Assembly: GCA_965261185.1 (NCBI GenBank)
Contig: CBDHCN010000002.1
Coordinates: 2,528,813 to 2,592,812 of the forward strand
Reading direction: 5' to 3'
Length of the DNA: 64,000 nt
Source of the DNA: Candidatus Aldehydirespiratoraceae bacterium
GTDB taxonomy: Bacteria > Actinomycetota > Acidimicrobiia > Acidimicrobiales > Aldehydirespiratoraceae
The translations under genes were made by a program, and so were the position numbers. A model generated the notes under the pieces. That model did not search any database, was not told where the DNA came from, and was given only the letters and a program-made list of their open reading frames with translations. The number at the start of each line of letters is the position of its first letter. Position 1 is the first letter of the stretch. Positions 1-10,475 of this stretch are shown piece by piece.

Positions 1-1097
1 TGGTTTGGCATCTCGATGAGCATATGGCGAACCCGGACGTGCTCGTCTTCGACGATTTCGCGGCTTGAGTTGGACTCGCCGGCAGCTATCCCCGCACGCG
101 AGAGGATGGCTACTGCTTCTCGGTGGGATTTGTCCGAGGCCCAATGTTCGATTCCGGGGCGCAGGACTGTCTCGAAGTGTTCTTGCCATCCGGCGCGGCT
201 AGCTAATCGTTCATCAGTGCACCACTGCTCGTTCCCAGTGATTTCAGCGACTTTTTCAAATTGGTGTTCACGCACAATCTGCATGACGAAGTGCCCTTCC
301 TTGGCCTCGAAGGTTTCGACTATCCCCACCCCACTGGCAGCTTCATCGGGAATACCCATCGAATAGAAATTGGCGACTATGTCGGTCATGGCCATGGTGG
401 CGTCGAGCATGGCTATGTCTATGTACTGTCCTCGCCCGGTGGTGTCGCGGTGGCGTAAGGCAGCAAGAATCCCGATTACACCAAACAGCGCGCTGCTGAT
501 GTCTCCGAGTGCTCCGACTGGATTTGCGGCCGGGCGCTTTCCCGGGTGCCGTTTGTATTCGTAGATCCCGGACATTCCTTCGACCACCGAGGCATAGGCC
601 GGGCGATTCAGGTAGGGAGAGGCCGGATCGTTTCCGAATCCTGACACTGACAGATAGACGACCTCCGGGTGGCCCCTGGACACGTCTTCGTAGCCGATGC
701 CGAGGCGATTGGCCGTTCCGGCCTTGAAGTTCTCGCAGACGACATCGAATTTTGGTGCGAGCTTGAGAAACAACTCGACGCCTTCGGGTGATTTGAGGTC
801 GATAGCTACGCTGCGCTTGTTGAAGTTATTGCGAAGAAACGTAGCGCCTACGTCTAAACCGTCAGGGTCTTTGATAGCGGGTTTCGACCCACGGCCGCTT
901 TCGCCGGTGACGGGATGCTCAACCTTTACGACCTCGGCGCCGAGTCTCGCCAGTAGTTGAGTGGCGAAAGGAAGCGCCGCCATTTGCTCTGCGGCCAGCA
1001 CTCGGATCCCCGACAGCGGTCGAGGTTCGGCGAGGAATTGATCGTTGACCACATCGCCAAGCTGCATGTGACGTGGTGCTGGTTCGGTCGTCGCCAT
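1..1097 (-). CDS. Family III CoA transferase (CaiB/BaiF type), N-terminal ~365 codons; runs off the left edge of the window
   Basis: Absent from the ORF track because it has no stop inside the window. Hand translation from CAT 1095-1097 gives MATTEPAPRHMQLGDVVNDQFLAEPRPLSGIRVLAAEQMAALPFATQLLARLGAEVVKVEHPVTGESGRGS...FLRNNFNKRSVAIDLKSPEGVELFLKLAPKFDVVCENFKAGTANRLGIGYEDV. This matches the family III CoA-transferase N-terminal signature. The frame stays open to position 1. Confidence 0.8.
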   Translation of the reverse strand, partial: MATTEPAPRHMQLGDVVNDQFLAEPRPLSGIRVLAAEQMAALPFATQLLARLGAEVVKVEHPVTGESGRGSKPAIKDPDGLDVGATFLRNNFNKRSVAIDLKSPEGVELFLKLAPKFDVVCENFKAGTANRLGIGYEDVSRGHPEVVYLSVSGFGNDPASPYLNRPAYASVVEGMSGIYEYKRHPGKRPAANPVGALGDISSALFGVIGILAALRHRDTTGRGQYIDIAMLDATMAMTDIVANFYSMGIPDEAASGVGIVETFEAKEGHFVMQIVREHQFEKVAEITGNEQWCTDERLASRAGWQEHFETVLRPGIEHWASDKSHREAVAILSRAGIAAGESNSSREIVEDEHVRVRHMLIEMPN

Positions 1098-1137
1098 CCT
1101 GCAAGTGTGGACCACGATGGCGTCGGTTCCAAAGTCG

Positions 1138-1287
1138 CTCTGTTGTTGCCCGGCGTTGCCGGAGCCGTGATTGCGGCGTCTAACCGGCTCTGTTGTTGCC
1201 GGGCGTTGCCGGAGCCGTGATTGCCGCGTCTAACCGGCTCTGTTGTTGCCGGGCGTTGCCGGAGCCGTGATTGCGGCGTCTAACCGC
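1138..1287. repeat. Three head-to-tail copies of a 50-bp unit (1138-1187, 1188-1237, 1238-1287)
   Basis: Unit is CTCTGTTGTTGCCGGGCGTTGCCGGAGCCGTGATTGCGGCGTCTAACCGG with 1-2 substitutions per copy. It fills most of the 204-bp divergent intergenic region between the CoA transferase and ispG. Confidence 0.95.
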
Positions 1288-1301
1288 TAGGTTTTTAGGT
1301 T

Positions 1302-2558
1302 GTGGAGTTCAACCAGAGCTTTCCTCGTCGTGACACGCGCCAGATCATGGTTGGCGATGTCGCAGTTGGCGGGGGAGCGCCCATCACTGTGCAGTCGATG
1401 ACGGTTACCAAGACGGCGGACCATGAAGCCACGCTCCAGCAGATTTACGCGCTGGCCGCAGCTGGCGCGGATATTGTCCGTTGCACCTGCAATGAACCGG
1501 CCGCAGCCGAAGGTTTAGCCCGGATTGTGCCGCGCTCGCCGGTGCCTATCGTGGCCGACATACATCACCAATACCTCCGAGCCCTCGAAGCGCTCGAAGC
1601 TGGTGTGCATTGCTTACGACTCAACCCGGGCAACATTCGCAACCCCAAACAAATCAAGCTGGTCGCCAGCGAGGCTCTGGATCGCAAGGTGCCCATACGA
1701 ATTGGTGTCAACGGTGGGTCTTTGCATCCCGATCTGTACGCCAAATACGGAAACAAGGTTACCCCCGAGGCGATGGTCGAGTCCGCTCAACAAGAAATCG
1801 CTTACTTGGAAGAGGTTGGCTTCGACTTGATAAAGATTTCGGTCAAGGCCTCAAGCGTTCCGCTGATGATCGAGGCGTACCGCCAGTTGGCAGCCCTTAC
1901 CGACTATCCGCTGCATTTGGGTGTTACCGAGGCTGGTCCACCACCGATCGGCACGCTGAAAGCGACCGCAGGTATGGCAACCTTGCTTGCTGAGGGAATC
2001 GGCGACACGATCCGCTACTCGTTGACCGCAGATCCGGTCGAGGAAGCTAAAGCGGGACGTCAACTGCTGGAGACATTAGGACTGCGGGAGCGAAAAAACG
2101 TTGACCTGATCGCCTGCCCGAGTTGCGGTCGAGCCGAAGTCGATGTCTTCGCGATCGCGCAAGAAGCGATGAAGGCCTTCGGGGAAAAGAAGATTCCGCT
2201 ACAGGTAGCGGTCATGGGATGCGTGGTAAACGGACCGGGGGAGGCCCGAGATGCCGATCTGGGGATCGCTGCGGGCAACAAGAGGGGCCACCTGTTCGTC
2301 AAGGGACAGAACGTGATGGTTGTTCCCGAAGATGAGATGGTCGGCACGCTGATCGAATGGGCTGAATACATCCACACCCACGGAGCGCAAGCAGCTCTTA
2401 CCCGTGCATCGTCCACACGATCCGCCGCACGTCGGGCCGCGGCACAAGATCGCGACCGAAATCTCGTTCAGCTCGGCGACGATGCCAACAACGCCAAGGT
2501 GACCATTGCCAAGATCCGGCGTGCATCCAAACCGAGTGATCCAAAAGCGACGCGATAA
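1302..2558 (+). CDS. ispG: 4-hydroxy-3-methylbut-2-en-1-yl diphosphate synthase (MEP pathway)
   Basis: The 418-aa ORF has the typical GcpE N-terminus (RRDTRQIMVGDVAVGGGAPITVQSMT) and the Fe-S cysteines (ACPSCGR, VMGCVVNGPGE). A ~50-aa basic C-terminal tail follows. Confidence 0.95.
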   Translation: MEFNQSFPRRDTRQIMVGDVAVGGGAPITVQSMTVTKTADHEATLQQIYALAAAGADIVRCTCNEPAAAEGLARIVPRSPVPIVADIHHQYLRALEALEAGVHCLRLNPGNIRNPKQIKLVASEALDRKVPIRIGVNGGSLHPDLYAKYGNKVTPEAMVESAQQEIAYLEEVGFDLIKISVKASSVPLMIEAYRQLAALTDYPLHLGVTEAGPPPIGTLKATAGMATLLAEGIGDTIRYSLTADPVEEAKAGRQLLETLGLRERKNVDLIACPSCGRAEVDVFAIAQEAMKAFGEKKIPLQVAVMGCVVNGPGEARDADLGIAAGNKRGHLFVKGQNVMVVPEDEMVGTLIEWAEYIHTHGAQAALTRASSTRSAARRAAAQDRDRNLVQLGDDANNAKVTIAKIRRASKPSDPKATR

Positions 2559-2610
2559 CACGGAAAAATGTTAGGCTGACGGCTACGTTCGATGTCCCGT
2601 ATGGATGAGG

Positions 2611-2640
2611 CGTGGCCTTAGGGCCACGTTTTTCTTTTCT
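2611..2640 (+). terminator. Rho-independent terminator after ispG
   Basis: Stem CGTGGCC (2611-2617) pairs with GGCCACG (2622-2628) around a 4-nt loop, followed by TTTTTCTTTTCT. Confidence 0.6.
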
Positions 2641-2693
2641 TGGAGATCGAGTTTTAGCTACTGAAAACCACGCACACGAGAGGAGGTCCAGAA

Positions 2694-3223
2694 ATGGTGA
2701 TCGTCGACCGGGTGCGAGAACTCGTGATGCCAATCGTTGAGGCCGAATCAGTGGACCTCTACGACGTGGAACACAACGGCGGTGTGTTGCGGGTGCTTGT
2801 GGATGTTGAAGGCGGAATTGGCATTGACGACATAAAACGCATCAGTCGAGCAGTGAGCAGACGGCTTGACGAAGTGGACCCTATGCCAGGTCGTTACACG
2901 CTTGAGGTTTCGAGTCCTGGCCTCGAACGATCACTACGCACACCGAATCACTTCCGTTGTGCCGTTGGCGAGAACATCAAAATCAAGACGATGTCGACCC
3001 TTGATGGTGCTCGTCGTCTCAAAGGCACCCTTTTGAGTGCTGACGACGGTGGGTTCGACTTGCAGACAGATGAAGGTCAGCGTCGCCTGCGCTACGAGGA
3101 AGTATCGAAAGCTCGCACCGTGTTTGTTTGGGGACCTACACCCAAGCCCGGTAGCGAGCGTCCCGACGGTTTACCGAATTTGAGCCGCGACGGCTCGTCC
3201 TCAACCAGGGAGGCCCCCGCATC

Positions 3224-3227
<4 letters not shown>
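2694..3227 (+). CDS. rimP: Ribosome maturation factor RimP
   Basis: GAGGAGG Shine-Dalgarno upstream. N-terminus VRELVMPIVEAESVDLYDVEHNGGVLRVLVD is RimP-like. It sits directly upstream of nusA and overlaps it by 4 nt. Confidence 0.9.
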
Positions 3228-4381
<1,154 letters not shown>

Positions 4382-4553
4382 GCTGTCAGGTGATCGGCAT
4401 CAGCAGACGCGAACACCGAGGAGATCGCTAGGCTCATGGAGTCGTGCCTCTTCGGACCGTTCGCGTGCCCGCACGAGAGATACTAACTCCACGATTTGTG
4501 GCGCAACTGCGCTGCTGAACTCGACAACTGACCTCAAGGATATTCGCCAAAAC

Positions 4554-7481
4554 GTGCCATCAAAGATTCGTGTATACGAACTCGCTCGGGAGCTAGGACT
4601 CACCAACAAGGAGACCCTTGAGTTGACCGAGGTATTGGGGATTGGCGTAAAGAGCCATTCCTCAAGCATTGTTGACGCGCAAGCGGACCGGGTGCGCCGC
4701 AAGGCTCAGAGGGAAGGTCTGATTCGTGAAGAACAGCCTCCCGAGCAAGAGCCGAAGACGACCAAGAAGGCCGCTGCCAAGAAAGCCGCCGCTAAGAAGG
4801 CTGCCAAGCGCCAAGAACCGGCTGTTGAAACTGCTGCGGATGCTGAGGTTGGTGGGGCTAGCGGTGATAGTGCTGTCGCTGATGCCGCCGCAACTGCTGA
4901 AGCTGCAGTGGGTAGCGCGGCTGCCGGCACCGCCGGTGATAGTGCCGATGCTGAAGTCGTTGAGTCCGACACCGAAGCTTCTGCGCCCAAAGGCGCAACG
5001 GTCAAACAGGCTGCGCTTAAAGGAAGTACGCCAACAAGCGCTTCTGTAGCCGCGCCGGCGGCAGATCCTGATTCAGCAACCGAACAGGACAAACCCATGG
5101 GCTCGCCTCCGTCCACAGGAGCCCCCAGACGAGTCATCTCCTCAAGTGGCAGTGCCGCACCTCCCAAGCGTGGCGAAGACTCAGCAACTAGCTCGCCTCC
5201 AGTAGGTGCCCCGGTGGTGCGCAAGGTCGTCAAAAAGGTCGTCAAGAAGCTAGTAGCAGACCCCAACCGGCCAACCAGAGGCGGACCTCCGGCTTCCAGC
5301 AGCGGCAAGCCAATCCCACCTCCGCCCCGTTCGTCGACTGGTCGCTCGATTCCGCCTCCACCTAGCGGACGTCCGCCAGCGGGTGGTCGTCGTCTCGGTG
5401 GCTCGCCCGCAGGCGGTCGTCCACCAAGCGGCGTGTCGACATCACCGCGTAGTCCGCGGCCTGGCGGTTCGCCAGCCGGTCGCGGTCCCAGTGGCCCCCG
5501 TCAGTCAGTGCCGGGTGCTGGTGCGGTTCCCGGTGGACCCGGCGGCCCCGGTGGGCGTGGGGGTCCTGGTGGGCGTGGAGGACCGAACCAAGGTCGGCGT
5601 CCACCGCGTCGCAAGGGTCGTCGCCGTCGTAGCCGTGAAGAACTCCAGCCAATGGACGTACCGTTTTACACGCCTGAGGATGCCCCAGTGCCAGAAGGCG
5701 AGGTCGTCATTGAGCGGGCTTGCACCGCGCAAGACCTCGGTCCCAAGCTCAATCGGACCGCTGCCGACGTCGTTCATTTCCTCTTGCAAGCCGGTGAGAT
5801 GCTTACAGCCACTCATTCGCTGTCCGATGACATGATCGAGTTGTTTGCCGAAGATATTGGTGCGGAGATCCGTCTGGTTGACCCTGGCGAGGAGCAGGAG
5901 GTCGAGCTGCAAAAACTGCTCGACATTGAGGAGGCGGATGGATCCGATGCGCCTTCTCGGCCGCCGGTCGTCACCGTGATGGGTCATGTCGATCACGGTA
6001 AGACCTTGCTGCTTGACCGTATCCGCAACGCCAACGTGGTCGACGGAGAAGCAGGGGGCATCACCCAGCACATCGGCGCTTACCAAGTCGAACGTGACGG
6101 CAAACGCCTTACCTTCATCGACACCCCTGGCCATGAGGCGTTTACTGCTATGCGGGCTCGGGGTGCCAACTCCACTGACATCGTCATATTGATGGTGGCG
6201 GCCGACGACGGAGTGATGCCGCAAACCATTGAGGCGATCAACCACGCCAAGGCCGCTGAGGTGCCGATCTTGGTGGCGGTCAACAAAATTGATCGGAACA
6301 ACGCCGACCCGCAGAAAGCCATCGCCGGCGTTGCCGAGCACGGGTTGGTTCCCGAGGCCTGGGGTGGTGAGACGATTTTCCAGGAGATCTCCGCTCTGAA
6401 AAACCTGGGCATTGAAGAGTTGCTTGACCATCTGCTGTTGTTGGCTGAAGTTGAGGATTTTCGCGGTGACCCCGACGGTCGAGCTACGGGTGTGGTCCTC
6501 GAAGCGAATCTGGATATTGGCCGCGGACCCGTGGCCAGCGTCTTGGTACAGCGGGGCACGTTGAGGGTTGGTGACCCGATGGTCGCTGGCGCAGCTTGGG
6601 GTCGGGTCCGGGCGCTCCTCGACGATCACGGCGAGACTGTATTGGAGGCTGGCCCGTCTACGCCGGTGCAGGTCCTTGGGCTTTCTGATGTCGCCGGCGC
6701 AGGCGACGATTTCGTTGTTGCCGCCAGCGAGAAGGTAGCCAGTCGTGTTGCTAGCACTCGCGAACATTGGCAGCGGCAGTCGAGTCTGGGTCGGGAGGCC
6801 CACGCGCTCTCTGGTGGCGCTCGGCTTGAGGACATCTTCACGCAGATTCAGCGAGGCGAAGCGGCCACCCTCAATATGGTCGTTAAAGCAGATGTCAATG
6901 GTTCGCTCGAAGCGGTGACAGAGTCGCTGCGAAAGCTTGAGCGTGACGAAGTCAAGATCCGGTTCGTGCATCGTGGGGTTGGAGGCATAACCGAAAACGA
7001 CATAGCGCTGGCCGCGGCTTCCAACGCCACAATTCTCGGATTCAACGTCCGTCCCGATCGCAAAGCTCGTGAACTGGCTGAGTTGGAGAAGGTCGAGGTC
7101 CGCTCCTATGAGATCATCTACAAGCTTCTCGAAGACATTGAAGCCGCCATGGTCGGCATGTTGGCTCCGGAGTTCGAGGAGGTAGTCACCGGCGAAGCCG
7201 AAGTCAGGGAGATTTTCCGTGTACCAAGGGTCGGTGCGGTCGCTGGTTGCTTCGTTCAAAACGGGGTCATTACCCGCGGTTCGGCGGTTCGGTTCTTGCG
7301 TGAGGGCACGATCATTTGGAAGGGAGAGGTCAGCTCGTTGAAACGGTTTGCCGAGGATGCCCGTGAGGTAGCCGCTGGCTACGAGTGCGGCATTGGTTTG
7401 TCGAACTTCCAGGACCTGAAGCAAGGCGACATCATCGAGACGTTCGATAATCGCCAAATCGAGCGCACCCTCGATAGCTAG
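4554..7481 (+). CDS. infB: Translation initiation factor IF-2
   Basis: G-domain motifs are present (GHVDHGKTLLLD, DTPGH, NKID). The N-terminal region is long and Ala/Pro/Gly/Lys-rich. Start set at GTG 4554 (VPSKIRVYELARELG, AAGGA 13 nt upstream); the ORF-track start at 4281 would overlap nusA. Confidence 0.93.
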   Translation: MPSKIRVYELARELGLTNKETLELTEVLGIGVKSHSSSIVDAQADRVRRKAQREGLIREEQPPEQEPKTTKKAAAKKAAAKKAAKRQEPAVETAADAEVGGASGDSAVADAAATAEAAVGSAAAGTAGDSADAEVVESDTEASAPKGATVKQAALKGSTPTSASVAAPAADPDSATEQDKPMGSPPSTGAPRRVISSSGSAAPPKRGEDSATSSPPVGAPVVRKVVKKVVKKLVADPNRPTRGGPPASSSGKPIPPPPRSSTGRSIPPPPSGRPPAGGRRLGGSPAGGRPPSGVSTSPRSPRPGGSPAGRGPSGPRQSVPGAGAVPGGPGGPGGRGGPGGRGGPNQGRRPPRRKGRRRRSREELQPMDVPFYTPEDAPVPEGEVVIERACTAQDLGPKLNRTAADVVHFLLQAGEMLTATHSLSDDMIELFAEDIGAEIRLVDPGEEQEVELQKLLDIEEADGSDAPSRPPVVTVMGHVDHGKTLLLDRIRNANVVDGEAGGITQHIGAYQVERDGKRLTFIDTPGHEAFTAMRARGANSTDIVILMVAADDGVMPQTIEAINHAKAAEVPILVAVNKIDRNNADPQKAIAGVAEHGLVPEAWGGETIFQEISALKNLGIEELLDHLLLLAEVEDFRGDPDGRATGVVLEANLDIGRGPVASVLVQRGTLRVGDPMVAGAAWGRVRALLDDHGETVLEAGPSTPVQVLGLSDVAGAGDDFVVAASEKVASRVASTREHWQRQSSLGREAHALSGGARLEDIFTQIQRGEAATLNMVVKADVNGSLEAVTESLRKLERDEVKIRFVHRGVGGITENDIALAAASNATILGFNVRPDRKARELAELEKVEVRSYEIIYKLLEDIEAAMVGMLAPEFEEVVTGEAEVREIFRVPRVGAVAGCFVQNGVITRGSAVRFLREGTIIWKGEVSSLKRFAEDAREVAAGYECGIGLSNFQDLKQGDIIETFDNRQIERTLDS

Positions 7482-7485
7482 ACCG

Positions 7486-7926
7486 ATGGCTGGCAGGCGC
7501 AGGGGGGTCCGAGGTCGTCGTCGGGCATCGCCTAGTCCCGCTGCCGCTACCCGGACCGGCCGAGTCGGCGAGTTGATTCGTCGAATCGTGGCCTCCGAAC
7601 TTGAGTCGATTGACGATGAACGTCTCGATCTGGTTTCGATCACCTCGGTGGATGTCGATCGGGCTCTGTACCGAGCGGTAGTTTGGTTCACCACCCTTGA
7701 TGGCGACACCGAACCCGCCGCGGCCGAAGCGTTTGATGAGTACTCCGGCGTTCTGCGCAAGGCAGTGGGTTCCCAAGCCCGTTTGCGTCACACGCCCCTC
7801 CTTGAGTTCAGGCCGGACACCGTTGTGCGCTCAGCGGAACGCATCGAAGGCATTCTGCGCGATGATCGAAGCGTCGACCACACGTCGAACGATGGGTGCA
7901 GCGGCGGGCAAAGCGATGGCTCCTAG
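7486..7926 (+). CDS. rbfA: Ribosome-binding factor A
   Basis: Core RVGELIRRIVASELESIDDERLDLVSITSVDVDRALYRAVVWF is RbfA-like; position after infB is conserved. Confidence 0.9.
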   Translation: MAGRRRGVRGRRRASPSPAAATRTGRVGELIRRIVASELESIDDERLDLVSITSVDVDRALYRAVVWFTTLDGDTEPAAAEAFDEYSGVLRKAVGSQARLRHTPLLEFRPDTVVRSAERIEGILRDDRSVDHTSNDGCSGGQSDGS

Positions 7927-8860
7927 CCCGGATCACGCTGCTGACGACGCCGACCCTGCGTCCAGTAGGGCATTGAGGCCTCATGGTGTTGCGGTTATCG
8001 ACAAGCCGGCCACCTGGACGAGCCACGACGTCGTTGCCAAATGTCGTGGTGTGTTGGGAACTCGCAAGATCGGCCATTCGGGGACGCTTGACCCTGCTGC
8101 TACTGGGGTTTTGGTGCTCGGGGTGGGCAAAGCGACGCGTTTGTTGCGTTTCTTGACTGAACTGCCGAAGTCTTACCTGGGAGAAATCGTCTTGGGTGTT
8201 GAGACCTCCACGCTTGACGCCGATGGCGAGATCAGCGCGACTCACGACATGTCCGCAGTGACCGACGATCAAGTGCGCACTGCGGCGTTGAGCTTCGTTG
8301 GCCCGATCATGCAGATTCCGCCGATGGTCTCGGCGGTCAAGGTTGACGGGAAGCGGCTCTATGAACTTGCTCGTCAAGGTAAAGAAGTCGAACGTCGTCC
8401 TCGCTCGGTCGTGGTGTATCGCTACGAACTTGAGCCGGTCGCGGGCGAGTCTGGGGTGTGGCGCTGCGCAGTTGAGTGTTCGTCTGGCACTTACATCAGG
8501 TCACTGGCTGCGGATCTCGGCACCGCTTTGGGGGGAGGTGCTCATCTGCGCTCGCTACGGCGGGTAGCGGTGGGTGGATTCACCATTGATGAGGCCAGCA
8601 GTATTGACTCGCCGGTTTTGCGGCCCCTCTTTGACGCTGTCTCGCATCTCACTGTGTGTGTGGTCAGCGACGAAGTGGCAGTTCGTGTCAGCTATGGGCA
8701 GGTGCTTGAACGGAATGTGCTCATGGTCGCTGAGCAAGATGAAGGTCCATGGGCTGTGGTGGATCCTGCTGGCGAGCTTCTAGCCGTGTACGGACCGAGC
8801 CGAGGACGCGCCAAGCCCATGGTTGTGATCTCCGAGGCGGCTGCGCCGCGCTCGCCCTAA
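7916..8860 (+). CDS. truB: tRNA pseudouridine-55 synthase TruB
   Basis: Contains GVAVIDKPATWTSHDVV and the catalytic motif GHSGTLDPAATGVL. The start is ambiguous (ATG 7892 or 7916). The track ORF from 7697 is an upstream extension over rbfA. Confidence 0.9.
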   Translation: MAPSPDHAADDADPASSRALRPHGVAVIDKPATWTSHDVVAKCRGVLGTRKIGHSGTLDPAATGVLVLGVGKATRLLRFLTELPKSYLGEIVLGVETSTLDADGEISATHDMSAVTDDQVRTAALSFVGPIMQIPPMVSAVKVDGKRLYELARQGKEVERRPRSVVVYRYELEPVAGESGVWRCAVECSSGTYIRSLAADLGTALGGGAHLRSLRRVAVGGFTIDEASSIDSPVLRPLFDAVSHLTVCVVSDEVAVRVSYGQVLERNVLMVAEQDEGPWAVVDPAGELLAVYGPSRGRAKPMVVISEAAAPRSP

Positions 8861-8898
8861 CCCCTGTACCGTTGGGGGTACGCTCTGGGAACAGTCCT

Positions 8899-9843
8899 AT
8901 GAAAATCCTCCATGACAAAGACGATCATTTGCCCGCGGCGATCTCTGTCGCGTCCACGATCGGTGTCTTCGACGGTGTGCATGTAGGGCACCAAGAGGTA
9001 TTTCGCATGGTTCGCGTGGTCGCGGACCGCCTCGGCGTTGCCTCAGCGGTCGTGACTTTCGACAACCATCCCGCGCATGTGGTGCGGCCTCGCAGTGCCC
9101 CTCGCTTGCTGACGACGCTCGAGCAGAAGCTGGAACTGATCGACGCTCAGGGAATCGACTACGCCTACGTGGTCCATTTCGATGCCGAACGAGCCGGTAC
9201 CCATCCAGGTGTTTTCGTTGAACAGGTTTTCGTTGACGCCCTTCACGCCAAGGCGATCGTTGTGGGCGAGGACTTCCACTTCGGTCGGGGTCGCAGCGGC
9301 AACGTGGATGCTCTACGGAAAATCGGTGGCGAATGGGGCTTCGAGGTGCATGCCCTGGAGTTGATCCAACACAGTGACGAGGCTCGTGAACCGGTTTCGT
9401 CCACCAAGATCCGCCGGGCTTTGGCGGGTGGCGATGTGGCGCGTGCCGCGTTGATGCTCGGTCGGCCCTACGAGGTGCGCGGGACGGTACAAGAAGGTGA
9501 TCGTCGGGGACAGTTGATCGGTTTTCCAACGGCCAATATCCCGGTGACGAAGATGATGGCATGGCCCGCTGATGCGGTGTATGCCGGGTGGTGTGACCTC
9601 CCAGACGGCAGTCGGCATCCTTGCGCGATCAACATCGGTCGACGGCCCACGTTCTATGAGCACGCAGAGCAGTCGCTGCTCGAAGCGCACCTGATTGATT
9701 TCGACGGTGACCTGTACGGCGTTCAAGTAGCTGTCTCGTTTGTGGCTTTCTTGCGTAGTGAGCGTAAGTTCGAGGGAATCGACCAACTGGCCATACAGCT
9801 CAAAAAAGATGTTGACGAAGCTCGAAAGCTCCTCACAGGGTGA
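8899..9843 (+). CDS. ribF: Bifunctional riboflavin kinase / FMN adenylyltransferase
   Basis: Contains IGVFDGVHVGHQEVF (FAD synthetase) and GDRRGQLIGFPTAN (riboflavin kinase). Start taken at ATG 8899 rather than the track start 8749. Confidence 0.9.
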   Translation: MKILHDKDDHLPAAISVASTIGVFDGVHVGHQEVFRMVRVVADRLGVASAVVTFDNHPAHVVRPRSAPRLLTTLEQKLELIDAQGIDYAYVVHFDAERAGTHPGVFVEQVFVDALHAKAIVVGEDFHFGRGRSGNVDALRKIGGEWGFEVHALELIQHSDEAREPVSSTKIRRALAGGDVARAALMLGRPYEVRGTVQEGDRRGQLIGFPTANIPVTKMMAWPADAVYAGWCDLPDGSRHPCAINIGRRPTFYEHAEQSLLEAHLIDFDGDLYGVQVAVSFVAFLRSERKFEGIDQLAIQLKKDVDEARKLLTG

Positions 9844-10475
9844 TGACTCAAACCACCGTAACGACTCAGAACAAGAAGGCTGTTGAACATTTTGCTGCTG
9901 CTCGGGTACCGACGAGCTATGGCACTTTCGTGGCCCACGCCTACCGGTCCGTAGCCGATGGGGAGGAGCACATCGCCTACGTGATGGGTGACGTCGAGGG
10001 CGGTGCACCTCCGCTGGTCCGTTTGCACAGTGAATGCTTGACCGGCGATATCTTGTCGTCGCTTCGTTGCGACTGTGGTCAACAGCTTCGTGCCGCGCTC
10101 GGCAAGATCACTGAGGAAGGCCGCGGGGTTCTCGTCTATCTGCGGGGTCACGAAGGACGTGGTATCGGCATCGGACACAAGATTCGCGCCTACGCGTTGC
10201 AAGACGCGGGGCTGGACACCGTCGAGGCCAACGAGGCGCAGGGACTCCCGATTGATTCTCGTACCTACGGTGTGGGAGCGAGCATCTTGGTTGATCTGGG
10301 TATCACCGCGATGCGCTTGATGACCAACAATCCGATGAAGCTTGATGGTTTGGAGGATTTCAACCTCAAGATCATCGAGCGGATCCCGATCGAGGTCGAG
10401 TCGAACCCCGAGAATGTGCGGTACCTCAAGACCAAGCGGGACCGCCTGGGCCACACGCTTACCGCTGCGCCTTGA
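9840..10475 (+). CDS. ribA: GTP cyclohydrolase II (stand-alone)
   Basis: Contains LVRLHSECLTGDILSSLRCDCGQQL and YLRGHEGRGIGIGHKIRAY; overlaps the ribF stop by 4 nt. Confidence 0.85.
   Translation: MMTQTTVTTQNKKAVEHFAAARVPTSYGTFVAHAYRSVADGEEHIAYVMGDVEGGAPPLVRLHSECLTGDILSSLRCDCGQQLRAALGKITEEGRGVLVYLRGHEGRGIGIGHKIRAYALQDAGLDTVEANEAQGLPIDSRTYGVGASILVDLGITAMRLMTNNPMKLDGLEDFNLKIIERIPIEVESNPENVRYLKTKRDRLGHTLTAAP

Noticed and set aside
4382-4553. Remnant of a ylxR/L7Ae-type gene in the nusA-infB spacer
   Set aside because: No ORF and no RxCxxC-type motif in any frame; treated as the infB leader.
5505-7760. 751-aa ORF on the minus strand
   Set aside because: It is entirely antisense to infB/rbfA, whose products have unmistakable motifs. 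Long antisense ORFs are expected in high-GC DNA, and the translation is low-complexity Arg/Ala/Pro-rich with no motif.
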